Positions 1 to 12,130 of a stretch of DNA of 64,000 bases are shown one piece after another (positions within the stretch are counted from its first letter, which is position 1; each line of letters starts with the position of its first letter). A model generated the notes under the pieces. The model ran no database searches. It worked only from the letters and a program-made list of their open reading frames with translations, and was not told the DNA's origin. The stretch comes from Octopus sinensis (lineage: Eukaryota). A program made the position numbers and the translations under genes. Location: contig NC_043014.1 in NCBI RefSeq assembly GCF_006345805.1, forward strand, positions 9,548,001 through 9,612,000. Direction: 5' to 3'.

Positions 1-344
1 ATTGCATGTCAATCTCTTTTAGGGTTAGGGTTAGAGTTAGGGTTAGGGGTGGGGGAAGGGTATATTTTTTTCTTCACAAATGTAAATAAACCCAATCTGT
101 TTCTTAAACGAGGGACATATTCATACGGCACAGAATGTTGTTTACCTCAATAGACGTCACTGATTGGTTGAAATTGCAGAAATCGAAGAAAAAACAACAA
201 ATATCTTACAAACTATAGAATTTTCTCAATAAAGCCAAGAGAAAAAGATGTTTTATAAACACATTCTACCAGTATACGAAGTTTAAAATTTTTTAGTTAC
301 CTAGAAATTATGTTAAAAACTGCCGTTCAAACCGAAAAAGTCCC
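1..344. repeat. Truncated interspersed repeat carrying a short interstitial TTAGGG tract
   Basis: About five TTAGGG-like units at 19-48 within non-telomeric sequence; apparent end ...caaaccgaaaagtccc before TA. The other end lies outside the window. Confidence 0.35.
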
Positions 345-486
345 TAGTGACTTTTGTACTACGATTCTCCTGTTTTCTATTCTTCGGAAAGGTGCCATAA
401 ACTAAAATATATTCAGCTGCGAAATCATAATGATTTCGCTATTCGCACAGGATTGGCAAACGATGTTGTTCTATTATGCCCTGAAA

Positions 487-675
487 GACGGCGAGTTGGC
501 AGAGTCGTTAGCACGCCGAGCAAACTATTTAGCGGTATGTCATCCGTTTTCAGATTTTGAGTTCAAATCCCTCCGAAATCAACTTTCCTTTCTATCCTTT
601 TGAATCGATAAATTATGTACCAGACTTAATCTTTCTTTCAACTTACTGACCTTGTGCCAAAATCGGAAGCCAACA
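487..675 (+). mobile_element. SINE family D, degenerate copy
   Basis: Head gacggcgagttggcagagtcgttagcacgcc and box B gagttcaaatc match the other family D copies. Confidence 0.75.
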
Positions 676-1227
676 TCTCTTATGGCCTGAAAAATTGAAC
701 TTCTGCACTTGTAATTCAAAACTAACTGGTATACTAGTAGACGAAATATTTGCTTTGATTTCAATCATAAAGAACCCCTTTGCTTCGAAATATTAAATAG
801 ATTCGTAGATATATGATTCTTTATTCCCATTTGAAAATCCGGAAACAGCTGTCACTGAAGCGGTAAGAGACGACGTTTTGAAAACTGAAACATCCTAATT
901 ATAGTATAATTATATTTCGTGAATTATCACAGGTGCATTCTGCCCCATAATCACACCTCTAGATTAATCACCGGTATAGATCGTTTCAAAAATAAGGAAA
1001 ATGCACAAGTCAAGTTCTAAATGTTTGCAAGTATCTAATCAACCCGTGAAAATACTTATCCTCCCTGAGACACGACTCCGTGTAACGTCAATATTGAACA
1101 ACTAGATCATTGATTTCACCCTTCCTCGAACACCTCTTAAGAGAGTTCATTGGCACTAATTGTTCCGAAATTTCACTCATCGAAAATATAATATGGGACT
1201 GGTCATGTAAGTCTATACGAACAGGAT

Positions 1228-1774
1228 GGATGGAAGCACTCCGCCGGTTACGACGATGAGGGTTCCGGTTGATCCGAATCAACGGAACAGCCTGCTCGTG
1301 AAATTGGAATGGAAGCACTCCGTCGGTTACGACGACGAGGGTTCCGGTTGATCCGAATCAACGGAACGGCCTGCTCGTGAAATTGGAATGGAAGCACTCC
1401 GTCGGTTACGAAGACGAGGGTTCCGGTTGATCCGAATCAACGGAACAGCCTGCTCGTGAAATTAACGTGTAAGTGGCTGAGCACTCCACAGACACGTGTA
1501 CCCTTAACGTAGTTCTCGGGGATATTCAGCGTGACACAGAGAGTGACAAGGCCGGCCCCTTGAAATACAGGTACAACAGAAACAGGAAGTAAGAGTGAGA
1601 GAGAGTTGTGGTGAAAGAGTACAGCAGGGATCACCACCATCCCCTGCCGGAGCTTCGTGGGGCTTTTAGGTGTTTTCGGTCAATAAACACTCACAACGCC
1701 CGGTCTGGGAATCGAAACTGCGATCCTATGACCGCGAGTCCGCTGCTCTAACCACTGGGCCATTGCGCCTCCAC
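1228..1774 (-). mobile_element. SINE family A (tRNA head), full length with triplicated 3' 79 bp
   Basis: Minus-strand head ggaggcgcaatggcccagtggttagagcagcggactcgcgg with box A/B; 11-bp TSD acgaacaggat at 1217-1227 and 1775-1785. Confidence 0.92.
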
Positions 1775-1840
1775 ACGAACAGGATATCAATATCCGCAAT
1801 CATATAGACGATACGAAACGATATAGACTATAAACTAAAA

Positions 1841-2052
1841 GTAGCGAGCTTGCAGAATCATTACCGCTCCACACAAAAGGCTTAGCGGCATTTCGTCTGA
1901 CTTTATGTTCTGAGTTCAAATCACATCGAGGTCGACTTTACTTTCATCCTTTCGGGGACGATAAATTAAGTACCAGTTGAAAACTGAGATCGATGTAAAC
2001 GACTCACCTCCTCCTCCGACAGTACTGGCCTTGTGCCAAATTTTGAAATCAA
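1841..2052 (+). mobile_element. SINE family D, degenerate copy
   Basis: gagttcaaat box B and gaggtcgactttactttcatcctttcgggg core. Confidence 0.8.
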
Positions 2053-2147
2053 TGTATATTCTAATCTCGACGTATTTTCTATATGTTTCTCCTTCCTACA
2101 TAAATGTTCTTATTTTTCGGCTGTTTTTATAGCACAAATAGTCATTG

Positions 2148-2486
2148 AGAGACCCCCTTCAGTCATGACTGACCGTGGGATTGTACGTAGAAAGTTACCC
2201 TCCCAGGCACAAGTCCGGGCAAGGTTGTTTATGGAAGACCAGCAGTCGCCAATACATACAGGCCTCCCCTCTCCACACCACTGATGTTATTCGAGGGAAA
2301 GGCAAAGGGGCCGATACAGCTTGGCACCAGTGACGTCGCAACTCATTTCTACAGATGAGAGAACTGCAGCAACGTGAAATAAAGTGTCTTGCTCAAGAAC
2401 ACAACGCGCAGCCCGGTCCGGGATTCGAACTCACAACCTCACGATCGTAAGCTCGACGCTCTAAACACTGAGCCATGCACCTTCAC
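2148..2486 (-). mobile_element. SINE family B (tRNA head, CORE-like middle)
   Basis: Reverse complement of the copy at 20183-20523; head gtgaaggtgcatggctcagtgtttagagcgtcgagc. Confidence 0.9.
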
Positions 2487-3110
2487 ATGTATTCATTAGG
2501 CAACCCTAAACCGGACTTGGTAGCAGGCGGTATGTTACTCTAACGCCTGATGCGCTATGTGTTGGCTCTAATCTATCTTATATCATTTGAACTGTAATGT
2601 CGACGTCCCATATATTTAAGCCACCTGATACTAGTTTTACATGAACGGAAAATAATATAATCTTAGAAAAATAAAATACAAATGTAGTAAGTAGTTCATC
2701 CGGGTTATAAAACATGTATATATGTAATATGTGGAACGTGAGATAATTTTATGAAATACATTTTGTCATATTCATTCCTACATTTTACCTTCATATTTTA
2801 AATGCTGCCTAAATCAAAGATAGTTTTTACTATTCTGAGACTGATGCATTTTAGTGCTGGTCCGGAACCGTGGATCGGAGGAATTTCAAAAGCTTACCTA
2901 GAAATGATGCGCGGTGTTTGTTTGTAATCTTTATATTATGAATTACAAATAATTTGAGCGAACAGATCTGTGTTTCAAAAACACATTAGAAGGACGGCAT
3001 GAGGAAACCGGTTTTTTATTAGTTGCTATTTTTCGGCGACATTTGAGCTAGAATAGAATCGTGACTAATTTAACGCTTACTTATTCACCTGCACGATACA
3101 GATATGACAA

Positions 3111-3524
3111 GGGCGGCGAGCGGGCAGAATCGTTAGCACGCCGGGCGAACAGCCTAGAGGTATTTCGTCTGCCGTTACGTTCTGAGTTCAAATCCCGCCG
3201 AGGTCGAGTTTGCCTTTCAACCTTTCAGGGTCGATTAAATAAGTACCAGTTACGCACTGGGGTCGATATAATCGACTTAATCCGTTTGTCTGTCCTTGTT
3301 TGTCCTCTGTGTTTAGCCCCTTGTGGGTAATAAAGAAATAGATATTTCGACTGCTGTTACGTTCTGAGTTCCAATTCCCCTGAGGTCGACTTTGTCTTTC
3401 ATCCCTTCGGGGTCGATTAAATAAGTACCATTTACTCACTGGGGTCGATGCAATGGACTTAGTGTCTTTGTCTGTCCTTGTTTGTTCCCTCTATGTTTAG
3501 CCCCTTGTGGACAATAAAGAAATA
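3111..3524 (+). mobile_element. SINE family D head-to-tail dimer
   Basis: Full unit, then a second unit restarting at atatttcg (3342) after aaagaaatag. The core ggtcgactttgcctttcatcctttcggggtcgat resembles the Meta domain of MetaSINEs. Confidence 0.9.
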
Positions 3525-3979
3525 AATATAGAGATGACATTTAAAAAAATTTCGTCTGAAGGTTCGTTGTTATATACAACCGTCTGACCGTATTTGTATT
3601 CAGTAAATTGAATATTTAGTACATATAATAATTTACCTCAATTCGATCTTAGATTCGATCTTAGAAACGGTCTTAATTGCTTCTTGCAAATTACGCGGAA
3701 TTTGTGAAAACGAGCTAGGCGGTATATACTAATATTTAGATAACTCATTATATGTGCTTAGAAGAAAGAACATAAAAGTTATCTAAGTACCGAAAATTTG
3801 TTCACGACTTAAACACGGTAATGGACACGCAGATTAATACACCTGCATTCTAAGATACCAAATGATGGACTACTTCCTGGTATTTCAGATATGGGAATCC
3901 TTGCCTGACAACTTCCTTGTTCCTCTATAAACAAGCGCTTTTTTCAATGTTTAGTATTTGCGTAACGCAGCTACAACAA

Positions 3980-4397
3980 GGAGGCGCAATGGCCCAGTGG
4001 TTAGGGCATCGCACTCGCGGTCAGAAGATCGCGGTTTCGATTCCTAGACCGGGCGTTTTGTGTGTTTATTAAGCAAAAACACCTGAAGCTCCACGAGTCT
4101 GCGGCAGGAGGTGGTGGCGACCCCTGTTGTACTTTTTCGCTCCAACTTTCTCTCGCTCTTTCTTCCTGTTTCTTGACACATACTTCCTACGCAAACGCTG
4201 AGCCTGGATGCGCGTTCATCCATCCGTCGATGCTCTCGGTGTCGGGGGTTGACCTGCTTTCTCTTCTGCGGATCTTACGAATAGCAAAGGACCACGTTTC
4301 GGACTTCTTCCACTACAGACAATCCTGAGGCGCGATCTTGTGAGCTCTAAAGAGAAGAGGGTAGGGACGAAGACCGCTTCACTCAGCAAACAAACAA
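3980..4397 (+). mobile_element. SINE with family A head and a different 3' body, (CAAA)n tail
   Basis: First ~195 bp match family A, the remainder does not; 11-bp TSD gcagctacaac at 3967-3977 and 4398-4408. Confidence 0.85.
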
Positions 4398-5836
4398 GCA
4401 GCTACAACGATCTCCGTTTAAGCAAAAATAGTGTGCATCGGATGATAAGCAGTTTAATGTTAAAACGGCCGCATCCAGAGCGGCCATCAGATCAATGCTT
4501 AATCAAAGCAAGTGACATGGGAATTTCTTCCATTCTTATCATGTATTGCCGGGGAAATATCATTGCATGATCCGAAGAACCATCAGTTTATCAGATACCA
4601 GAGGTTATCAAACTGTGATGCTACTTTCATAGCGAGGTCGAAAAAGATATGACGAGACATGGGAAATATCTTGCTGCTGTTCCGTATCGAAATCTTGCAT
4701 CGTCCTTCAAAACTGAACACAGATAATGTAACACCGTGCGATTATTGTGTAGCTGCTTTGAATACTAACCTCTTTGATCTCTATAAATCTCCCTGCCACC
4801 CAGGGGTTAAAAGGATGATACGATTTATCGCTGTGATATCTTCAGATGGATGACATTAAATGCGTTGCTTCTATACGCCAGGTTTGTGAATAGTTAACGC
4901 CGTGATACTATCACTCTAAAGCTGCATCACTTCATTATATTTAGGCTTCTGTTTGACCGCATTATCATTGATTTTGCTGATATTTTAACTTCCTTCTCAA
5001 CTAATAAATAGCTGCTGATTGTTTTCGATGAACATTGCAGCTTTCAAATTGAATTATTGGCATCAAATCTCAATTACTACTCACATTCATTGTGTTTGCG
5101 GTTGAGAAGATACCCAACCATTAAGGAATCATTCCCGTCAGAGAATATCCAGATTAAATTATAGAACAACGAGAAAACTCCAACTGGACGCATTAACAGT
5201 CCTGAAAATTGCCTTGAAATATCTCCTGTCATAGCACTTAGGAGAAGAAGCTGATGTAAAACTTATCCTATCGAAAGGAAAGAGGCTTCAGATAGAAATT
5301 GGATTTTGAGTTAGAGATCTGAACGTTTGCGGATTTGGAAATGCATTATGCTCCGAGAATATATAATTTTTACTTACATTTTATACGGTAATGCGGGAAG
5401 AGAATGCGATTCATTCGTATTATGCTAAAATCATAAATAGATAATATTCGAAGCTATTCTGACGCTGGTCCCTGCTGCTATAAATCCTGTTTAAACTCTT
5501 ACATGAGATAGTCGGGATAATCTGAGCTCGCTTAATGTAACAAACACCTTCTTTAAAACGAATATGGTATCATTAATTCAAATGTCATTGAGAGTTATCA
5601 AATAATAAAAAATACAAAACAAGGCAAAAGCAATAAACGGGTGGATATTTGGGACCAGAGGAGAAATTGTAAGTAAATACAAGTAATGAAATAAATAAGG
5701 AAACCATCTTATCCAACGTTACTTTAAAAATTACACTCGTCATTTTAATGATCGACGTTCTTCGTAGCATCATAAACGTTAAAAAATCTACACTAACACC
5801 AAAACCATCATATAAATCTATTTTCAATTTCCACAT

Positions 5837-5913
5837 CCTCGTCGTTATCCTCCTCCTCCTCCTCCTCCTCCTCCTCGTCGTCGTCGTCGTCGTCGTCGTC
5901 GTCATCGTCATCG

Positions 5914-5951
<38 letters not shown>
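5837..5951. repeat. Compound trinucleotide microsatellite (TCC)n(TCG)n(TCA)n
   Basis: Directly visible; explains the poly-D/E/M/T/R ORFs. Confidence 0.97.
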
Positions 5952-5954
<3 letters not shown>

Positions 5955-6464
5955 TATAATGAGCAAGTGTACAAAGATAAAATAATCGTTATTTTCCATT
6001 TTACTGTTAATTTCGAGACAGTTTGAAAAATAAAATGTTATTTTGCGGTTGGTTTTTGTTTATATTTTGAATTATGGTACCCTCCAAATCCCACAATACA
6101 TAGGAGGGGTACGAAAATATTTTAAGTACTTAGGTTCTATATGGGACTTCATACGATCCTGATGATACCACTGGACATACCAAATTCGCTGACGATTCTG
6201 GGAAATCAGAGCAAAAATCAGGGTTAGAGAGTAACATCCTTTTAGTTATCTACCATAGTAATTATACGAATCTTGCAATCTTTCTTTATTTAGATTGTAA
6301 CTAAATATTTAGGGAAGAAAAAACAGAAAAGCAACAAGTTATTAGTAAAGAAATGGTGGAATGTATCAATTTTATGCGTCTTAACCTAAAGTTTATTCAA
6401 GAGATTTTTAATTTATTAACTTTGGATATATTGGCATATGCTATATTATATTTTATTTTCTGAA

Positions 6465-6808
6465 TAGAACTTGCTCCCAGATGTTATGAGCAGTCTTAAA
6501 CAAATCTTGGAGAAGTCATCCCACCAAGAAACAGCTGTATAGAAATTTACGGTCTTTCCACCATAATAAGGGAAGAGTACTTTTGATTTGGGTCGAGCTA
6601 AAGAAGAACTAGCACATACCCTAGTGCTATGGATACGAAGGCATGGTCGTACTCGAGCAGGTTGCCTGAATACAACGTGTCTATCTCAACTCACTAGAGA
6701 CACTGGGCCCCTTCCTTGAAGACCTCCCTCAACGAATACAGGACCCAGACGCGAAGTGTGTGTGGATTTAAAATGTCCCAACAAACCCGACTAGTTGAAG
6801 ATGATATA
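6465..6808 (+). mobile_element. Degenerate RTE-clade LINE 3' fragment
   Basis: Translates to AVLNKSWRSHPTKKQLY...LVLWIRRHGRTRAG...QLTRDTG, paralleling the RTE fragment at 30941-31390. Confidence 0.7.
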
Positions 6809-7284
6809 TTCAGTTACGTGAAAATATATTTCAGAGCTAAATGATAGAATTATTATTCTACGAATCGGTGCTGAAACGGTCTTGGCTTTTGGTACAAACA
6901 AACAAAAAAATGATAAACTACAAAATGATAAGTTAATTATATTTTTAACCAGCATATTCCCTCACAGATCCAAACACTTACTGCGGTAAAACTTCGGTCT
7001 TCGTAAGCTCTATAAGGCCTCACTCTACGCCTTTCGCGATACCCATAAGCCAGAAACTTTTCAGAACCCACCTTCTGCGTCGTTTTAAGGGAACGATTGA
7101 AATACAAATAAGCAAAATACTTATCGATGTAGGTCTGATTTATTAGTTAAGTATCACCCCTTGCAGCCGCTTGGTTTCGGGTTTAGCTCCGCTTATTAGT
7201 ACGTTTGGCAAGGGCCTTTTCCTGTAGTTATGGGCTATCGTAATGCCTTGCAACAAAATTTGATAGCGGGAAACTCCCATCCAA

Positions 7285-7338
7285 TATAGATACATACACA
7301 CATACATACATACATACATACATACATACATACATACA

Positions 7339-7392
<54 letters not shown>
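7285..7392. repeat. (TACA)n/(TA)n microsatellite
   Basis: Directly visible. Confidence 0.97.
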
Positions 7393-7396
<4 letters not shown>

Positions 7397-8340
7397 TAAA
7401 AATGTGTGTATGTCAGCATCCATTGCTTCACCATCGTCGTTGCTTATTTACATCTTTTCGATTTTGTAACAGCAACTTGGGTAACTTTTATTACTGTGAT
7501 TATGATGATTATTTATTTATTCATTTATTTATCTATTTATACGGTTTGGATTTAACCTAAATACCCACTTTACATTTTGTAGCCTGTTTAACCAAACGCT
7601 TTTTACTCTACTTTATAATTTTGTGTGAAGAAGGATTAAATCATGAAATAAAACTTTGGAAAATTATGTTTGTCCCGCAACCCGTTTAATGTCTACTTTA
7701 CATCCAAACGTATCAGCTGAGGAACGGTTCAGATGTCACTGGTTAAACGATTATGTGCGGGTTTTAAAATAATTGTCTTATATCTCGATTACAGAGTTTT
7801 CGCATAACAATCTAAAGTTGATACCGAATGCTGAAATATCAAAAGTATTGATGATGATGGTTCGTTGGTATCTGTTAAGATTAATGAAAGATAAGGCTGT
7901 TTAACTTTACTATCATATTGTGCAGGGTGTGAGTTATTTACTTATGAAATCTGCTGCACCATTCTTTTTATCTATAAAATTCATATAACACTATTTCTGA
8001 ACAATACTTCACGGGAAATTGATTTCAATTTGTTTTTTCGGTATATTTCTGTATGTTACTGATAGCCTGAACCATTAGGAAAATTAGATCGATATTATTA
8101 TATGATAAAATCCTAAACATGAAAATTAAAATTCCAAATATACTGCTTTTATATATGTTTGGTTCCTCGTATTTTCCTTTCTATTATGTAACCATTATCC
8201 ACTGTTCTCTAACCTACTAAATAATATGCCCAAACAATTTGCTCCTCTACATCCCACCTCGCCATAGTGTAGACTTGCAGTTAATGCATAACTACACAAC
8301 AGATATTATGGATCCTTTAATTTTGTCGAAAAGTAATAAA

Positions 8341-8507
8341 TAGGCGCAGGAGTGGCTGTGTGGTAAGTAGCTTGCTAACCAACCACATGGTTCCGGGTTC
8401 AGTCCCACTGCGTGGCATCTTGGGCAAGTGTCTTCTGCTATAGCCCCGGGCCGAGCAATGCCTTGTGAGTGGATTTGGTAGACGGAAACTGAAAGAAGCC
8501 TGTCGTA

Positions 8508-8557
<50 letters not shown>

Positions 8558-8910
8558 GAAATGAGGTAATCAGAAGATCGGATGGTTCATATTTATAGAT
8601 ATTTATTTATATATTACATTTTTTACATATATATATCATATCATATCATTCAGATTATATATATATATATATATATATGTATGAGTGTTTTTGTGTGTCT
8701 GTGTTTGTCCCCCTAGCATTGCTTGACAACCGATGCTGGTGTGTTTACGTCCCCGTCACCTAGCGGTTCGGCAAAAAGAGACCGATAGAATAAGTACTGG
8801 ACTTACAAAGAATAAGCCCCAGGGTCGATTTGCTCGACTAAAGACGGTGCTTCAGCATGGCCGCAGTCAAAATTAACTGAAACAAGTAAAAGAGTAAAAG
8901 AGTAAAAGAG
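8341..8910 (+). mobile_element. SINE family C (internal TA/TG microsatellite, (TAAAAGAG)n tail) with nested insert
   Basis: Head aggcgcaggagtggctgtgtggtaagtagc with box B gggttcagtccc; tail repeats; extra sequence 8552-8657 inside the internal microsatellite. Confidence 0.92.
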
Positions 8911-9250
8911 ATGTTGATTGTTGTCGGCGAGCATGAACTATTTCAGATCGAATTAATATAATCTTATCTCAAATATATTCATATGCAGTTTCCTAGTTGT
9001 TGACAAGATATGCAGCCATTAAGAAATTAACCTTCCACCTTTCCTCGGCGTATTCATACATTTTATTCTTGACGACAGGATCGTAACACTGTCTGAAAAA
9101 TCACCTTGCTATCATTTGTTATTGTTCTTGACGTTCAGATTTCCATTGACACTGGTCGATATTGCTTTTCATTCATCGGAAAACGATAACGTAAATTATG
9201 AAACATGAGTGAATAATCTTACGTTTAATAGCAGCCTTTTTATCTCCATA

Positions 9251-9632
9251 CTAGCAATATCGCCCGGCGTTGCTCGAGTTTGTAAGGGAAATAACTATAA
9301 AGCATTTTTAGAGAGTTATAGCCCCAAAATAGCAAAAAAATGGGAAAAAAAATGATGGTAAATTTTTTGAGAGTTAAAAAGGTCGAGTTGCGTCCCCTAG
9401 ATAGTCTGTGGTTTGTGTTTCTGATTCTCGACCCCATGTCGAATATATCGATTTTTTCAGAACTGGGGGAACTTTTCAAAATTTTCGCTGCGTTAGTTTT
9501 GAATTATGACATTGGGCTATGTGTGTGTCAAGTTTCATCAGAATCGGTTGAAAGCCGTGGTCAGGGTGAGGGTACAACCTAACAGACACACAGACACGCA
9601 GACAGACAAACTGCCGTTTATATATAGAGAGA
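9251..9632 (-). mobile_element. Non-autonomous Helitron
   Basis: On the minus strand begins A|TC and ends CTAG|T, with subterminal hairpin-like ctcgagcaacgccggg; 3' end shared with the copies at 45004 and 53743. Confidence 0.85.
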
Positions 9633-10014
9633 TTCTTTTATATTTTACATGATGGAGTTATTAGACTGCGGTCATGCTGGGGCACCACCTTGAAGAAATT
9701 TAAGTGTAATATATCGACGCCAGAACTTTTTGGAAAACCTGGTACTTATTCTATCGGTTTCTTTTTTGCCAGCCGCTAGGTTGCGGGAACGTAAACACAC
9801 CAGCATGAGATGTCTAGCGATGGTGGTAGAACAAACTGACACGCACTAACACACACAAATATACACACAAACACACACGCACACACATGTGCATGCCTAT
9901 CTAACTGTATATGTATATTAATCATCGTCATTTAACGTACGTTTTCCATGTTGGCATGGGTTCGGCAGTTTGACAGGATTCGGCAAGCCACAAGGCTACT
10001 TCTAACTACAGCAT

Positions 10015-10153
10015 CTCTCTCTCTCTCTCTCGCTTTCTCTCTCTCTCTCTCTCGCTTTCTCTCTCTCTCTCTCGCTTTCTCTCTCTCTCTCTCGCTTTCT
10101 CTCTCTCTCTCTCGCTTTCTCTCTCTCTCTCTCGCTTTCTCTCTCTCTCTCTC
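10015..10153. repeat. (CT)n with ~20-bp periodic cgcttt interruptions
   Basis: cgcttt recurs at 10031, 10053, 10073, 10093, 10113 and 10133. Confidence 0.95.
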
Positions 10154-10889
10154 ATAATTTTATTTATTGAGATCGATCATTCTCTGTGACTTGTTCGAAC
10201 ACTGTCTTCACGCCTACTTTGTTTATTGAGCCAAAACAATTTTAATTCCTGTAATTATCTCTCACACACACGCAGACACTCAGAGGACGGGCCCCTTTCA
10301 GTTTATTTCTCCCAAATCCACTTCGAGGGGTTTGGTTGACCTAGCGCTACACTCGAAGACGAACAACGGTGACACGCACAGGTATTGAAACCGGAACGAT
10401 GTCCTTGGGAAGCAAGCTTTTGACTACACGGCTCATCTTTCTCCTGGAACATTTATATCAGAAACATTTATATATTTCTCTGTTTTACATTAGAATCCAA
10501 ATTTTTTTCCGAGGTTATATACAGGTTTTATTCATCGGAGGGAATAAAGTACCAATAAGATCATGAAGTCATATACTAGACTAAAACGCACATCGAAATT
10601 GCCCGCATTGTGCATGAATTATACGCACTACATTAGCACAATCGTTGAAAAACAAAGAATACTTTATGGCATTTGTTCTGTGAAGCTTTACGCTCTAATT
10701 ACGCTGACGTCAATATCCCATCTTTCAATGGAGATAAGATAAAGTACCAATCATCTCCTTGAGTCTATGTGATCGATTACCCGCCTTTAGCCGCATTTAT
10801 GAACCTAAAATTACTCGGCCATCACCACCACCACCACCATCATAATATCGTAATCGTCGTCATCATCATCATCATCATCATCATCATAC

Positions 10890-11381
10890 GAAGCCGATAC
10901 ACCCATCATGACTACCCGTCTGATAAGGGTACATCAGGCACATGCATCACAACCATATGTTCGCGACATAGTGATCTCATATCAAGACAAACAACTCATG
11001 ACATTGCAGATGGAGCCCCAGTTAGGATTTTCTTCAGGTCCAGTAGCCCATCCCGCTCAAAAGATCGTTGAATATGGTTTTTTTTTACGGGTGACGAACA
11101 AAACACCCACTTTTCCAAATGTGAATTATCCAAATCCCAAAGAATTACTCTCAACGCATGGCTATGATGCTTCCCAACTTCTGTTTCTGATAAGAGATGC
11201 ACATATCGTCAGCCACTAAGGAACATGCTGAACTAGTTCAGATCAAGGAACCGACAAGCAAATTTGTGGTATCGAGTGGAATATTTGCTGTAGCCCATCT
11301 ATTATAAAAGACAAACAATTTACATGATAATAATTTCAATCGGTTAAGACGAGAAGCCATAAGTGCTACTGCCTTGTACTG

Positions 11382-11384
<3 letters not shown>
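10890..11384. mobile_element. ~0.5-kb interspersed repeat abutting a TAA/ATT run (family E)
   Basis: Clearly homologous to 23985-24485 (acccatcatgactacccgtctgataagggta ... atatttgctgtagcccatct); non-coding. Confidence 0.8.
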
Positions 11385-11423
<39 letters not shown>

Positions 11424-12130
11424 GTGATTGACCTTTGCTTTGTATTTGTAGAAGCTCACAACAAGTCTCACCCAGAGACTACAAGAGACAACAAGTCAGA
11501 AGTTCAAATTTTTGTTATTACTAGTGTGTCATATTTTATGGCTTTGCACAGAGTATTGTGTTAAAGCCTGTCTGTCAAAACATAAACAGATTAGAAGTTT
11601 GTTTTAAAACAAATTTTATTATAAGATGATAGTGTGATCTTAAGGTGACGGTAAAAGATATTTGTTATCATGTACATTAAAAAGTATTGTTTACATTGTT
11701 TACAGATTAAGATATTTTCGGACAATATTTTTCGTTGTATAGTCGTATATGAGCAGTTCCCATTAGCACTATTTTTTGAATTCTTTCCATTTTTGGGTTT
11801 CTTATTATCTGAGATATGTAGCAATCGGCCTTTTCTATTATCATTGCTGGACAACCTATAGCAACAGGTATTGTTTTAATGTTGAGGTTCTACATTTTGC
11901 CAAATTTTATTCCAAGATATTTACCGATTGCTACCTATCTCAGATAATAAGACACCCAAAAATGGAAAGAATTCTTGCTCAGTTTTTGGTAGGTCTTGCC
12001 CAGATACACTTGTGTCGATAACAGTCATATCGTTAAGGAGGCATGATTATTGTCTGAAAACCTTCAATATATCTGGCCTATGTTAATCAATCTTTCCGTC
12101 GCTTTAACCCTTGGTCTACCAGGAAAAATG
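11424..12130 (-). mobile_element. R4/Dong LINE 3' end (restriction-like endonuclease region plus 3' UTR)
   Basis: Degenerate translation HRPDI...SCLLNDMTV...KTYQKLSK and IQKIVLMGTAHI...RKILS; ends in a (TAA)n run, the known Dong target. Confidence 0.8.

Noticed and set aside
1228-1465. Regularly spaced repeats resembling a CRISPR array
   Set aside because: There are no unique spacers; it is a tandem 79-bp SINE tail in a eukaryotic context.
4243-4292. Possible HDV-like ribozyme in the SINE body
   Set aside because: P2-like and CGAA elements are present, but I could not build P1 or P1.1.
11160-11216. CUGACGA...GAAA in family E
   Set aside because: No helix II, and GAAA is absent from the second copy near 24330.
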